Shown: positions 10,060-20,753 of the stretch, one piece after another
Position numbering within the stretch: the stretch's first letter is position 1
How the letters are laid out: each line of letters begins with the position of its first letter
NCBI GenBank assembly: GCA_051532035.1
Contig: JAOPTW010000013.1
Location: 160,001 to 224,000 of the forward strand
Origin: Fibrobacterales bacterium
GTDB lineage: Bacteria > Fibrobacterota > Fibrobacteria > Fibrobacterales > JAOPTW01
Direction of reading: 5' to 3'
Length of the DNA stretch: 64,000 nucleotides
Made by a program: the position numbers and the translations under genes
The notes under the pieces: model-generated
Seen by the model: the letters and a program-made list of their open reading frames with translations, nothing else
Databases searched by the model: none
Told to the model about the DNA's origin: nothing

Positions 10060-13000
10060 TTATCGGTGTGGAACTGCGATGAGTTCACCGGCAAGTTGAG
10101 GTTCTTGCATTTCAATTTCAATTATTTTTTCTAATGCTGCATCACGCGTAAGGCCTGTAAATGACGTTAACTGTAAGTCTGAAGAAAATGCAACGGCATA
10201 ATCTTCTCGTGGAGGGTCGGTATAAAAATCACTCTTTTTGAATAACTTATGCTCAAATGAACGCTGAGTACGGGCTATAGCTGCCCCTTCGACCAAGCGA
10301 GATACCTCGTAGGGTGAGTGTACTTTCTTATCCGCTAAGCGCACCCTTCTTACGATACCACTATCACCCGATGATGTTTCGGGAGGATCATAATCAATTA
10401 TTTCAAAGCTGAGTGGCACATTTTCTGCTTTGCCATCAAATTCCCCTTCCCAATGCCCTTCAGCAGTTAATCCGGATTCAAATTTTTCAAAATCAGAAGC
10501 ACTTAATTTATCTTTCATGCCATCTTTACCCGACAGATCTTTAAAGAACGTAGTGGGGAATTCTGATTTCAATGCTTTTATAGTCGCATCTTCATCACCG
10601 ATTTCCACGCCTTTAATAGTCACCTTATTGATATCATTGGGCTTTGCCGTACCAAAACGTTCAATAGTTTTCTTTAGGGGGAGCACCGTTTGATTAAACG
10701 TTACATCGCCATTAGGCGCTAAATACAGTACGGAATCTTCGCCAAAATCAACAAAAGTTACATCATCATCGCGTCCCTCTGTAATCTCCCAGTTACTGAT
10801 GCGCTCAAGTTCATCACGGAATAGTGGTTCAAGAGCGACTTCTTTCATTGGTTCTTTGCTCTTATCACCCCATTCGACTGATACTTTTGCCGTTACCGAA
10901 CCAAACCAGCCAAGACTGACGCGAACTTTACCATAGACTTTCCATGGTGTTGGTCCCGAAAGTTCACCGTACAGTGACACATCACATAAACTACATCCCC
11001 ATACTTTAACCGAAACGCCACAACTAAAATCTGCGATAAAGGCAAAGGGATCAAATTGGAATAGAGTATTGAATCCGAGATGGCCTGAAACTTTGGCTCC
11101 CGACTTCTTATAGGTTAATGATGCTCGTGCACCTACTTGAACCGTGTTCGAAGTAACAGCAAAATAACTTTCTAATATGACACGCGGGTTCTTCTCATGG
11201 AACACAATAGTCATACGTCGCATTTCTGGAATAGCCAAATAACTCGGTGGTGTATAACTAGGGTGAAAACCACCGGCAGAGATTACAAATGATTTCTGTT
11301 GTCCCCAACTTAATCGTAAACAGAGGTCTCCAAAGAGACCAAATGTGAGAAGTTTTGAATCATAAATTGAAGCATCAAACGAGAGCATGCCTTTATCAAA
11401 ATCGATCACCCCTAAAAAGGCGGCGTTCAATTTAAGGAGTGGTCGTTCTTTGTTTGGAATTGCTGTTTTTAGAATCCCCATAATAGCAATACGTATAGGG
11501 TTCGGAAATTCTACGAGTATACCAGCATCAATAGTGAGAACTGCAGGATTGTTCCATATGATTCGAGCCATCGGGCCTACAACAAACTGATCACTTTTTG
11601 CAGGAAAAAACCGTTGTAAATCACTGAGAACCGCAACCATGTTGCCATCTTCCAAATCAGGGAATGCTATATTATCAATGGCACCAGTTCGCAGTGCACC
11701 CCGAACCTTCTCAACATCCATGGTTCGGTTATACCCAACAAGGCCACCAACACCTTTGAGATAAAAATTGAGGCCCAACGGCACCCCACCAGGGAATTGC
11801 GAGCAGATAACAACAAGGAACGAGTGTTCTCCATTGACCTTCTCAAATATTCCCACAGCCCGGACATCAATAGTGTCAAAGAGATTGAGAGAAAGCCCCC
11901 CATAATATTTATCATTCTCTTCGTCCATAAAAAGGTAGCCTGCCCCCGATACAGACCCAGTATCAAAAGAGACACCGAGTCCTTTAGGCCTTATAATACC
12001 GAGCCCGACATTATTTCCCGCTAAGGTTACATCTGCAATAGTATCATCAGTATCATAACTGCCCGGCTGACCGATATAGGTCTCTATTCCAAAACCATCG
12101 ACATACGCTTCAACGGGACCAAAATCAAATCGAGCACCAATGAACGTAACTGCAATTTTTAAACCTTTCTTGCCACCATTGTCGAGAGGTTCCCGTTCAA
12201 CATCTACCCGCTCTATATAACCAACAGGTCCAATCTTTTTCTGAAAATTAATGCTTTGTATTTGAGGAGCATCATTACCCAATTTAATGAACTCAGAATC
12301 CCAATGTATTGTAATGGTCTCAATTGAAAAATCTGTACCGAATACCATCTCGGCGAGCTCAATTTCTCGTGGTACAAAATCTTCGAGCCCTGGAATCGGT
12401 ATATTGGTTTTGATTGTTGCATCAAGCTCAACGCTCCAGTCTCCTATTGATGAACGGAGTACTTCTACTGCATCAATTTCTACGATAATAACATCAAGAT
12501 CAATTATCAGTGGATTTGCTGCATCATATCGCGCAGTGAGCATACCATTATCATATGAGAGGGCTATCGTTGTATCGTCAACAATGGCTATTGAGCCTTC
12601 GAGGAGTCGAATGGTAGGAGTAAATCGATCAAAATGACATTCAAATTGCGATATAGTACAATCCATTCCAAAAATATCAAAATTCAGTGACTCAGCTAAC
12701 AGTGCAGTCCCTTCATTTCCCTCTATATCAAATTCGATTAACGGAATATTTTCTTGTTCTGGTAGTAATTGAATTGCACCGGTAACCTTAAACGCATCAG
12801 AGATACTTGTAGCTTGAAGGTTAATCTGCAGAGTATATATCGTTACTTCAGCTATACCCAGAAGGTTACATTTCAAGGCACCTTGGTCACTCGACAACGT
12901 AATCCATCGAACGCCATCTTCTAATCTGGTATCAATACCGAAGGTTTCGTTCTCTGCCATTAGAGGCAGATGTACCGAACCCGTAACGCTCAGAGAATTC

Positions 13001-16000
13001 CAATCGATAGCAGTATCTGTAAATGCCAGTGAAAGAGATGTAAGATTAAATGTACATCCTGCAACGGTACGAGAAACATCACCTTGTATTGTTGCAACAG
13101 CAAGACTATTTTCAAGCTTATTAATAGTTGCGGTACACTCTAAATATGGAATAGTTACGCTGCCTAAAATATGCGATGCATCCCAATCAAAGCTTCTATT
13201 ACTAAATACAAAGAGTGATGTTGCTCCGATTTCGATAGTGAGTTCACTTATAGAAACACTAATATCATCCCTAATTCCAACACTTAATGTTCCGTTTTCG
13301 TACACTATTATTGCATCATAGATATCTGAGCCATTGCGAAGCTTGCCACCAAGAGTAAATGGTGCTTCTGTCCACGAGCCTCCAAAAGGAACCTCAAAGT
13401 CAGTAATATCAAGAGAGAATGAATCCCCCTGAAATAGGGTTATTCCTGTTGGATGATCTAATACAATAAAATTTTGCCCACTCCGCTCTATAACTTTGAG
13501 TGGAATCTTTGGGTCATCAATTTTGGCCCATGCAGGTTTAAAACCAAACTCACCCGTACACCCCGTCGGAAAACCATCAGCATTCAACGTGAGTTGTAAC
13601 GAATTGATAGAGGCTGTACCTACCCCAATATCAAATTCTATGGCACCGCTATTTGAAGAAAGGTCTATATAATAGCCGTTCTCTAATACTTGAAAGATAA
13701 AGTCAATATCAAAAGTAGACGCTTCTGTTCCGAAAAGAATTGAGCCTGTATATATCTTCTGAGCAACATCAGTGAGGTTCAGTGTGCCCTTAAACTCAAA
13801 AGGCGCACAACTAACCTCTAAAGAAACTTGAGTGGGGAGTGAGAAATCTAATGCAAAATCTTTACCTGCAATAGTGCACGAATAGAGGTCATTAAAGGAC
13901 GGGTTCTCTAAAAGCTCATGATCACCATAACATACTTTCGGCCCAGTCTCTACAAATGTCAGTTGTACAGGGTCAACCTTAACAATAGCTTCATGAACCT
14001 CAACATAGAGTTCCATCGCTTCAGCATCACCTTCGGGCACACTCCTTGTATGAGGCGTTACTCGATCAATTTCTAAATAGGTGGTATTGACCAGCTTATC
14101 TCCCGAAGAGGCAGCCTCTTCTTCCGGAGTGGTCCAACTTATATCAAAATGGTCTATGTCAAAAGAAGACCCAAACTCGAGCCCTTCTATGGTGATACGT
14201 TTTGGCGCATATTTATCAAGAAATTCTAATGCCACCCCATCTTTCTTGAGTACTTCCATGCTCAATGACCCGATCCAATCAGTACCAACAACTGCGAGCC
14301 CCACATGAGAGACTCCAACAATATACGCTCCAAGAGAAAAGGTTATTGCGGGCTCAGTATCTACTGACACACTCATAGCTCCTTGAGTATATTCTAACGC
14401 GCCTACAACAGAAAGAGCATCGATATCGACGGTAACTGATGCACCAAAGGTCATTTGATCAAACTGTGGCGTCCAATCCGAAAATGGTATTTGTAGGGCA
14501 TTAATTTCACATGCCATATCCAAAATCGTAAAATCACGTTTTGACTCAGCGTTGAGTCCAATGAATCCAGAGGATTGTGCAATTGCTAAATCAAATACTG
14601 GGTAATTATCACTGGCAGAATCTATAAGCAGTGTAACCGTACCGGTAAAGAAGAAACTATCAAGAGGGCTCTCAGCACTCAGATCTATCCCTATTCGTTC
14701 AATATCTATGCGTATAAGATTGTTAATGGTATACTGCATTCCTCCATTATCTGAAGTTATGCCGAGCCAGTTTGTCGCATCGTGGACAAACGATTGTAAC
14801 GAGAACGATGTAAGGCTATTTGGTGGTGTGATGGATCCATCAATCACCAACCGACTCCAATCGATAGTATCGTTTTCAATGGTTATACTGAGGCTTCTAA
14901 ATTCAAACATGAAGCCACCAATATATTTATGCACTGGTGATTCACAAATGAGAGTTGCAGTCATGGTATCATTCTCTGCATCTTTCTCTAACGTCATCTC
15001 TAAACCAAAATACGGTAGCACTATTGATGCTGAAATATCCATAGCATCCCAATCAAGCCCACTACCATTCAGTACAAGTGTTGTACCAGCATCAAGCGTG
15101 ATCAGTGCACCAAACCGTTCTAAGGCAAGTGCTTGGAGTAATGTTAACCTGAGTGCATTCTTTTCATAGACCGCATCAAAGAAGAGTTCTGTTCCTTTGT
15201 AAGAGACTTCAAGCCCCATATCCAGTCCATCAAGACTAAAAGTGGTGCCAAAAGGAATTTCAAAATGAGTCAGTTTACAAGAGAAATCATCACCAATAGT
15301 AAACGAAAGATCGCCTCCCTCTAGGCAGAGAAAGGTTTCTCCATTGCGTTGCTCAGTGCGTATCCGTATGTCAGTATCTATAGGCATCCATGTAGGACGA
15401 AGCGCTATATCTGCAGTCGTTCCCGTTGTCGGTATTCCTGATGCATCAAGTACTAAGGTAAGACCATAAATGGTTGCTTCGCCAATCCCAAGATTTACCG
15501 CTATTCCACTGTTAATATCAAGAGCAAGGGTGTATCCCCCAGCATCGTGAATCGTGAATGAGCATCCTACCGAAACTCCTTCAATGGTAATCTCACCACT
15601 ATAGTTCTGAGCATCCGATCCGAGCTCTACTCGCGCCGTTGCCTCAAAAAGTGAACAGGCAATATCGAGTTGCAGAGCCGTTGGCCCACAGGTATCAATA
15701 CTAATATCGTTATCGAGTAGATCAAACGTGGTTAGAGCACTATCCTGTAACGGGTTTTTATCTGGTGCACCACCGTACATCTGGAGGCCAAAGTTTTCGA
15801 CTCTACAGGTAACGGGACCTATAGTAAGAGTCGCCCAGTCGATAATTGCTTTGAGTAACACCCCTTTAATATCATCAGGATCAATATCTTCTTTGGTTAA
15901 AATCAGGTTACCCATATCGGCACTGACTGCTGGGAGGCTGAGATTGAATGAGCCACCCTCTGATAGTTTAAATTCGGGGAGGCTCGGAAAAGAAACACCT

Positions 16001-19000
16001 AAATCGCCAAAGCTAAAGCTACTACTCGAACCGCTGCTTGAGCCACTGCCAAAGCTAAATCCTTCAATAGATAGCCCATCGGGTATGAGGTTTCCAATAG
16101 TTGGAATAGAAATGTGAGAGTCTACCGACGCATCAAGATCCAAATCCCAATCGCCATCGGTACGAGACACTTCTAACTTCTGTACAGTAAACGTTGCAAT
16201 ATCATCAAGAGTAAACGATCGGTTACCTTCAAGGGTAACGGTAAAATCACCGGCAGCATAATTGAGGCTCCCCACTACCGCACTCACCGTACCTGCTTCA
16301 CCTGCAATGAGTACAGATCCGACAATAGTAAGATCGAGTGGTTGTGGTACAAAATTAACAATCGGAAGTGAAAGTTCGGTAATAGTACAGTGCATTCCTG
16401 CAATGGTAAGGGTAATATCGTGATCGATACTTATGGTACCGTCACTTCCCTGTAGTTCAAAATCAAAAGACGGGTTATCCGATCCGTCGGTATTTAATAG
16501 AATTTCGACGTTCCCTTCAATAAAGAAGGACTCTTCTGGTGAAGATGCTCCCAGGTAGATGCCCATTCTTTCAATAGTCACTTTGACGACACTATTAATA
16601 TCAAATAAGGGAAGTGGATTTCCGTCAGATCCCTCAATACCAATCCATTTAATACCATTGTGAGTAAATGGTTCAAAAGAGAATCCAGGGTCTAAATCAG
16701 GAAGGAGGTCACCCATCTGTGGCGGTACAATATCACCATCTATAGCAAGACTCCCCCAGTCAAATTCACCATTAACAAGTGCGATACTCGCTGAACGAAG
16801 TGTCGCTTCGCACCCACAAAAAGAGACCGCATGTGCAGGACTACAGGTCACGCTATAGACTGACACGCCAGCACTTTGATCAAGCTGCAATTCAAGTCCC
16901 AACACTGGGAGAACCACTGTAGCCTGTATCTCCATTTTATTCCAGTCAAGACCAGAGTCATTAAAGATAAGAGTCGTACCCGAACCAAGGGTTACTTGAA
17001 TGCCAAATTTATCGACCGCTAAGTCTTGTAACAAAGTAATCACAATCGACTGATTAATATACTCAATGGATACTGGAAGGTTTGCATTTCCTCCATACCC
17101 TAAGGTTATAGCGATATCAATATCTGAAGCGCTCCACTCCTCTCCAAACGGTATTTTAAAACGAGTTATTGTAACGTCAAAACCACCGATTTCAAAAGAG
17201 ACTGGTGAGCGAAGTGTCACATACTGTACTCCACTTTCTTGCACTACTCCGAGTGAGAGAGATTTGCCCGAAGGAAACCATGATGGTGTCATTACTATAT
17301 CTGCAGTGGTATCAGCTGTAGGAATCCCATTTTGATCAAGAACCAACGAGAGACTATTCAAGCTTACTCGACCAATAGCAAGATCGATATCTATTCCCGT
17401 CGCTGAGGTTAGGTCAAGCTGATACCCCGTTTCGGTAATGGCAAAGGTAAAAGAGCCTTCAGCATTCGCTGCACCAACTCTGAGGGTGCCTACGTACGTA
17501 TCAAGTATGCTATTGTATTCAAGGCGTCCTCGCGCTTCTATAGGCGAACAATTAACCTCAAGAGTTATGGCCTGAGGACCTGCGGTATCAAAAGCAATGC
17601 TTTGATCTAATAATTCAAATTGTGTGAGCGGATTTCCGGGTATAGCCTCTGGTGCCCCTAAATATACTTGTACTCCAAAGTCTTCTGCGGTAAACGAGAC
17701 CGGGCCAACAGTGAGTTGTGCTTGGTCTATTAATGCCTTGAGCAGTATACCTCTCATATCGTCAGGAGTAATAATCTCTTTGGTCAGCTTCACATTGCCC
17801 AGTGAAAAGTCTCCAATATCAGGAAGGTTAAATGACCCTGAGTCACTATCAGATAAAGAAAAGAGTGACCCCGATCCAAAATCTATTTTAAGGTCGTTCA
17901 GATTAAATCCAAAATCAAACCCCGGTCCCCCACTGCCTTTACCTGATCCAAACCCAAAGGAGAGCCCTTCGAGTGAGAGAGATTTGGGAAGAACGTCGCC
18001 CAATGAAGGCTTCGAAAGCATTGGTTCAACTGTTACATCAATATCAAAACCCCAGCCCGCAGGAGACTTACTCACGGAAACACTCGAAAGTTCTATATCG
18101 GCAATTGAATCAATGGAAATGGTTCTATTGCCTGCAAGGGTACCCGTAAAAAGTGCATCTGCATATGAGAGCGAAAGAGTAATAGCTTCTGGTGTACCTA
18201 CACCATACACAACCATAGAACCATCAAAGGTGAGGGCTGCAGGCTGTGGCACCCAATCGATAAATGGCAGTGAGAGTGTGGTTATCTCACCGGTAACCGT
18301 ACCAATAGTAAAAGGAATGGGCGCAACGGTACTGATTGAACCATCAGATCCGTCAATAGTAAAAGCAAAGAGTGGGTTTGAATCAGACTCTTGTTCAATG
18401 AGTATCTCGACCGTCCCCGTAATAGAAAACAGAGTATCAATAGAGTCAGACCCAAGGTCCATACCCATTGAAATAATCTTAACCCGTACAATGTCGCGGA
18501 GCGTTGTCTCAGGCTTAGAATCACTCGACTCCGCAATGCCCAACCACTCTTTTGCATCACGCGTAAACGATTCAAGATCGAAAAAGTCGTCCATATTCGG
18601 TGGTGATATTTTCCCAACAATTGAGAGAGAATCCCAATCAAAGTCACCATCTACCGTTGATACACTGACGCTACTCAGCTCAACGGCAACACCTAATTCT
18701 CCACCAAATTGTTTTATAAACGGTGGATCAAAGGTCGCGCTATAGGTCGTCTGATCCCCTTCTTTATCAAGGGTCAGGGCAATGTCAAGATATGGAAGGA
18801 GTACGGTCGCCTCTACATCCATAGCATCCCAATCTAACCCAGAATCATTAAAAACGAGAGTGGTTCCCCGCTTGAGTGTCACATCAAGAGTCCCATTAGT
18901 AACCGTACTGTCTTGAATGAGAGTAACAATAAGACTATCATCTTCTATAGAAACAGTAACGGGTAACGGAGTACCATTATATTGAAGGGTCGCTTCAATT

Positions 19001-20454
19001 TCTAAATCAGAAATTTTTAACGGTATTGAAAGCGGCAATGAAAGTTTTGAAACCGTGAGGGAAAAGAGATCAAAGGTAAGAGAGATTTCTTCGGAGAGGC
19101 TTACAAAGTAATGACCACCCAGTTCACTGATAGTAACAGGTATATCCCGAGGCATGGTTGGGAAATGAAGAGCCAATTGTGAATCGCTCGCTACGCCAAT
19201 CGTTCCCGATGGAGTATACGATACGGTAACCTGTTGTATAATAAATGAAAAGAGAGAAAAGTCGAGTGTAACAGCCTCACTCCCTTCCATAGTCAGAAGA
19301 TACTGGCCTTCACCTTTTGCAAGGGTCACACCAATACTGTTTGCCGACCCCGCAATACCAATAGCCCCTGCTATTGTTGATTGTTCCCATACGACACCAT
19401 CTTTGTTGAGTGCTAACTGAAAGTCGGTATGGAGGCTGAGCACAAACCATCCCAGCATGAGTTGTGGCTCTACACTCTCTTTGAGTCGAATAATAAAAAT
19501 GCCGTTATTTTCAGAGATGGTTATAGGTATATAACTGTCAATATCTACAGCATCCGGAAGACTGGAGGTATCATTAGAATAATCAGGAAACCCAGGAAGC
19601 TTAATCTGTGCATCAGTACTAAACGCAGTTATGGTATTATGTAAGAGAGTGATAGCTACGGTACTTATAGAAAACCGGACATCGTGACAGTTAAGCTCTA
19701 ATGGTTGCGCAACAGTAAAAGTACCGCTCCCGCTAAACCCCTGAGCAGTTATGCTACAGTTGGTCAGTATGATATCAGGTAAAAATGAAGGCCCATCTAA
19801 AAACTGCAGTGTACATTCATCTACCGAAATACCCGCGTTTGGCCCGGTAAGGGTTATGGTAAATTCATTGGCTTGCACCGATATGAGCTCATTTAAGAGA
19901 TGTATATGGGGTAAATTCACAGCAGAGCATACAAGGGTATTGGGGAGCGAGGCATTTTGTGCTGCAGAAATAGTACCTGCAGACACCTGAAAAGCTCCAT
20001 TTACATAGCCGACACTCAGAGAGGCTGTTGTGGAAAACCGAATATTTTCACCGGACCTATTTATTGCAGAGAGGAGTGCTGTGCCAGCGGAAAGAGTAAA
20101 TGTGAGATCATTAATTGAAAACCAAATATCGGCTGATGCAAGTTCAACTTCAAAGTTTTCTACTGTCAAAGGTGCGTTATTAAATACGATCCGCAATGAA
20201 CAATCAATTGATTGAGCACCACTTATAGCAGCAGACAATAATGAGCATTCAGGAAATGTTATAATGCTCTCTGCATCAAGGTCTATTGTCCCAGAATACT
20301 CAAAGACTTCATGAGTGATTTCATCAGCATCGCCGATAAGATCGAGTATCGCAATAGCAATTTCTGTATTGTCTACTACAGAATCTGAGCCTGAGAAAAG
20401 TGATTCGATTCGAGTGCGAACAAGTGAGTGAACGCTTCCGTATATAATTGACAT
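10060..20454 (-). CDS. Giant acidic beta-rich repeat protein (3464 aa) with C-terminal DUF6603-like domain
   Basis: Alternating hydrophobic/polar beta pattern throughout, D/E-rich, no signal peptide. The C-terminal block (PKGLGVSFDTGSVSGAGYL...GVGGLVGYNR...FVVGPM...FVISAGGFHP...YFAVTSNTVQVGA...LSGPTPW) matches my recollection of DUF6603. Confidence 0.85.
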   Translation of the reverse strand: MSIIYGSVHSLVRTRIESLFSGSDSVVDNTEIAIAILDLIGDADEITHEVFEYSGTIDLDAESIITFPECSLLSAAISGAQSIDCSLRIVFNNAPLTVENFEVELASADIWFSINDLTFTLSAGTALLSAINRSGENIRFSTTASLSVGYVNGAFQVSAGTISAAQNASLPNTLVCSAVNLPHIHLLNELISVQANEFTITLTGPNAGISVDECTLQFLDGPSFLPDIILTNCSITAQGFSGSGTFTVAQPLELNCHDVRFSISTVAITLLHNTITAFSTDAQIKLPGFPDYSNDTSSLPDAVDIDSYIPITISENNGIFIIRLKESVEPQLMLGWFVLSLHTDFQLALNKDGVVWEQSTIAGAIGIAGSANSIGVTLAKGEGQYLLTMEGSEAVTLDFSLFSFIIQQVTVSYTPSGTIGVASDSQLALHFPTMPRDIPVTISELGGHYFVSLSEEISLTFDLFSLTVSKLSLPLSIPLKISDLEIEATLQYNGTPLPVTVSIEDDSLIVTLIQDSTVTNGTLDVTLKRGTTLVFNDSGLDWDAMDVEATVLLPYLDIALTLDKEGDQTTYSATFDPPFIKQFGGELGVAVELSSVSVSTVDGDFDWDSLSIVGKISPPNMDDFFDLESFTRDAKEWLGIAESSDSKPETTLRDIVRVKIISMGMDLGSDSIDTLFSITGTVEILIEQESDSNPLFAFTIDGSDGSISTVAPIPFTIGTVTGEITTLSLPFIDWVPQPAALTFDGSMVVYGVGTPEAITLSLSYADALFTGTLAGNRTISIDSIADIELSSVSVSKSPAGWGFDIDVTVEPMLSKPSLGDVLPKSLSLEGLSFGFGSGKGSGGPGFDFGFNLNDLKIDFGSGSLFSLSDSDSGSFNLPDIGDFSLGNVKLTKEIITPDDMRGILLKALIDQAQLTVGPVSFTAEDFGVQVYLGAPEAIPGNPLTQFELLDQSIAFDTAGPQAITLEVNCSPIEARGRLEYNSILDTYVGTLRVGAANAEGSFTFAITETGYQLDLTSATGIDIDLAIGRVSLNSLSLVLDQNGIPTADTTADIVMTPSWFPSGKSLSLGVVQESGVQYVTLRSPVSFEIGGFDVTITRFKIPFGEEWSASDIDIAITLGYGGNANLPVSIEYINQSIVITLLQDLAVDKFGIQVTLGSGTTLIFNDSGLDWNKMEIQATVVLPVLGLELQLDQSAGVSVYSVTCSPAHAVSFCGCEATLRSASIALVNGEFDWGSLAIDGDIVPPQMGDLLPDLDPGFSFEPFTHNGIKWIGIEGSDGNPLPLFDINSVVKVTIERMGIYLGASSPEESFFIEGNVEILLNTDGSDNPSFDFELQGSDGTISIDHDITLTIAGMHCTITELSLPIVNFVPQPLDLTIVGSVLIAGEAGTVSAVVGSLNYAAGDFTVTLEGNRSFTLDDIATFTVQKLEVSRTDGDWDLDLDASVDSHISIPTIGNLIPDGLSIEGFSFGSGSSSGSSSSFSFGDLGVSFPSLPEFKLSEGGSFNLSLPAVSADMGNLILTKEDIDPDDIKGVLLKAIIDWATLTIGPVTCRVENFGLQMYGGAPDKNPLQDSALTTFDLLDNDISIDTCGPTALQLDIACSLFEATARVELGSDAQNYSGEITIEGVSVGCSFTIHDAGGYTLALDINSGIAVNLGIGEATIYGLTLVLDASGIPTTGTTADIALRPTWMPIDTDIRIRTEQRNGETFLCLEGGDLSFTIGDDFSCKLTHFEIPFGTTFSLDGLDMGLEVSYKGTELFFDAVYEKNALRLTLLQALALERFGALITLDAGTTLVLNGSGLDWDAMDISASIVLPYFGLEMTLEKDAENDTMTATLICESPVHKYIGGFMFEFRSLSITIENDTIDWSRLVIDGSITPPNSLTSFSLQSFVHDATNWLGITSDNGGMQYTINNLIRIDIERIGIDLSAESPLDSFFFTGTVTLLIDSASDNYPVFDLAIAQSSGFIGLNAESKRDFTILDMACEINALQIPFSDWTPQFDQMTFGASVTVDIDALSVVGALEYTQGAMSVSVDTEPAITFSLGAYIVGVSHVGLAVVGTDWIGSLSMEVLKKDGVALEFLDKYAPKRITIEGLEFGSSFDIDHFDISWTTPEEEAASSGDKLVNTTYLEIDRVTPHTRSVPEGDAEAMELYVEVHEAIVKVDPVQLTFVETGPKVCYGDHELLENPSFNDLYSCTIAGKDFALDFSLPTQVSLEVSCAPFEFKGTLNLTDVAQKIYTGSILFGTEASTFDIDFIFQVLENGYYIDLSSNSGAIEFDIGVGTASINSLQLTLNADGFPTGCTGEFGFKPAWAKIDDPKIPLKVIERSGQNFIVLDHPTGITLFQGDSFSLDITDFEVPFGGSWTEAPFTLGGKLRNGSDIYDAIIVYENGTLSVGIRDDISVSISELTIEIGATSLFVFSNRSFDWDASHILGSVTIPYLECTATINKLENSLAVATIQGDVSRTVAGCTFNLTSLSLAFTDTAIDWNSLSVTGSVHLPLMAENETFGIDTRLEDGVRWITLSSDQGALKCNLLGIAEVTIYTLQINLQATSISDAFKVTGAIQLLPEQENIPLIEFDIEGNEGTALLAESLNFDIFGMDCTISQFECHFDRFTPTIRLLEGSIAIVDDTTIALSYDNGMLTARYDAANPLIIDLDVIIVEIDAVEVLRSSIGDWSVELDATIKTNIPIPGLEDFVPREIELAEMVFGTDFSIETITIHWDSEFIKLGNDAPQIQSINFQKKIGPVGYIERVDVEREPLDNGGKKGLKIAVTFIGARFDFGPVEAYVDGFGIETYIGQPGSYDTDDTIADVTLAGNNVGLGIIRPKGLGVSFDTGSVSGAGYLFMDEENDKYYGGLSLNLFDTIDVRAVGIFEKVNGEHSFLVVICSQFPGGVPLGLNFYLKGVGGLVGYNRTMDVEKVRGALRTGAIDNIAFPDLEDGNMVAVLSDLQRFFPAKSDQFVVGPMARIIWNNPAVLTIDAGILVEFPNPIRIAIMGILKTAIPNKERPLLKLNAAFLGVIDFDKGMLSFDASIYDSKLLTFGLFGDLCLRLSWGQQKSFVISAGGFHPSYTPPSYLAIPEMRRMTIVFHEKNPRVILESYFAVTSNTVQVGARASLTYKKSGAKVSGHLGFNTLFQFDPFAFIADFSCGVSVKVWGCSLCDVSLYGELSGPTPWKVYGKVRVSLGWFGSVTAKVSVEWGDKSKEPMKEVALEPLFRDELERISNWEITEGRDDDVTFVDFGEDSVLYLAPNGDVTFNQTVLPLKKTIERFGTAKPNDINKVTIKGVEIGDEDATIKALKSEFPTTFFKDLSGKDGMKDKLSASDFEKFESGLTAEGHWEGEFDGKAENVPLSFEIIDYDPPETSSGDSGIVRRVRLADKKVHSPYEVSRLVEGAAIARTQRSFEHKLFKKSDFYTDPPREDYAVAFSSDLQLTSFTGLTRDAALEKIIEIEMQEPQLAGELIAVPHR
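12000..19110 (-). repeat. About four diverged tandem ~1.88 kb (~625 aa) repeat modules within the giant ORF
   Basis: Anchor motif recurs as GLDWDAM (~18830), GLDWNKM (~16945), GLDWDAM (~15050) and SFDWDAS (~13185), at ~1870-1900 bp spacing. Boundaries are approximate. Confidence 0.85.
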
Positions 20455-20691
20455 TTATAACCCCGCAAAAAGATGCAATGTTAAAATATATAAAGTTCCT
20501 CAAACTTTAAAATGAGCGCTTTGTTAAATTAAGGATACAATAAGGTGCCTATTATAGCCATATTTGGCCATTCCACTGATATAATCTATTGTCTTGTGAC
20601 TAATTAACACATACGTGATCTTTTTCTAAGTAACGTTATACGCTTACTCCAAGCCAGCACCCATAAGAAGGTAATATTAAAACACACTATA

Positions 20692-20719
20692 AGAGCCTCC
20701 ATGTTACTATGGGGGCTCT
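20692..20719 (-). terminator. Hairpin, probable terminator of the 20754-22070 gene
   Basis: AGAGCCTCCAT-GTTACT-ATGGGGGCTCT inverted repeat ~35 bp past the stop; weak U tract. Confidence 0.55.
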
Positions 20720-20753
20720 ATTCCTTTGCTATACAATAAATACTCACTCCATT

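Noticed and set aside
17624..18745. 373-aa plus-strand ORF
   Set aside because: Lies wholly antisense to the 3464-aa gene, is Ser/Pro-rich and has no motif; a typical shadow ORF.
1..20454. Calling the giant operon a phage tail, eCIS, T6SS or Tc toxin locus
   Set aside because: I see no recognisable sheath, tube, baseplate, VgrG, RHS/YD or SpvB motifs, so these remain untested hypotheses.
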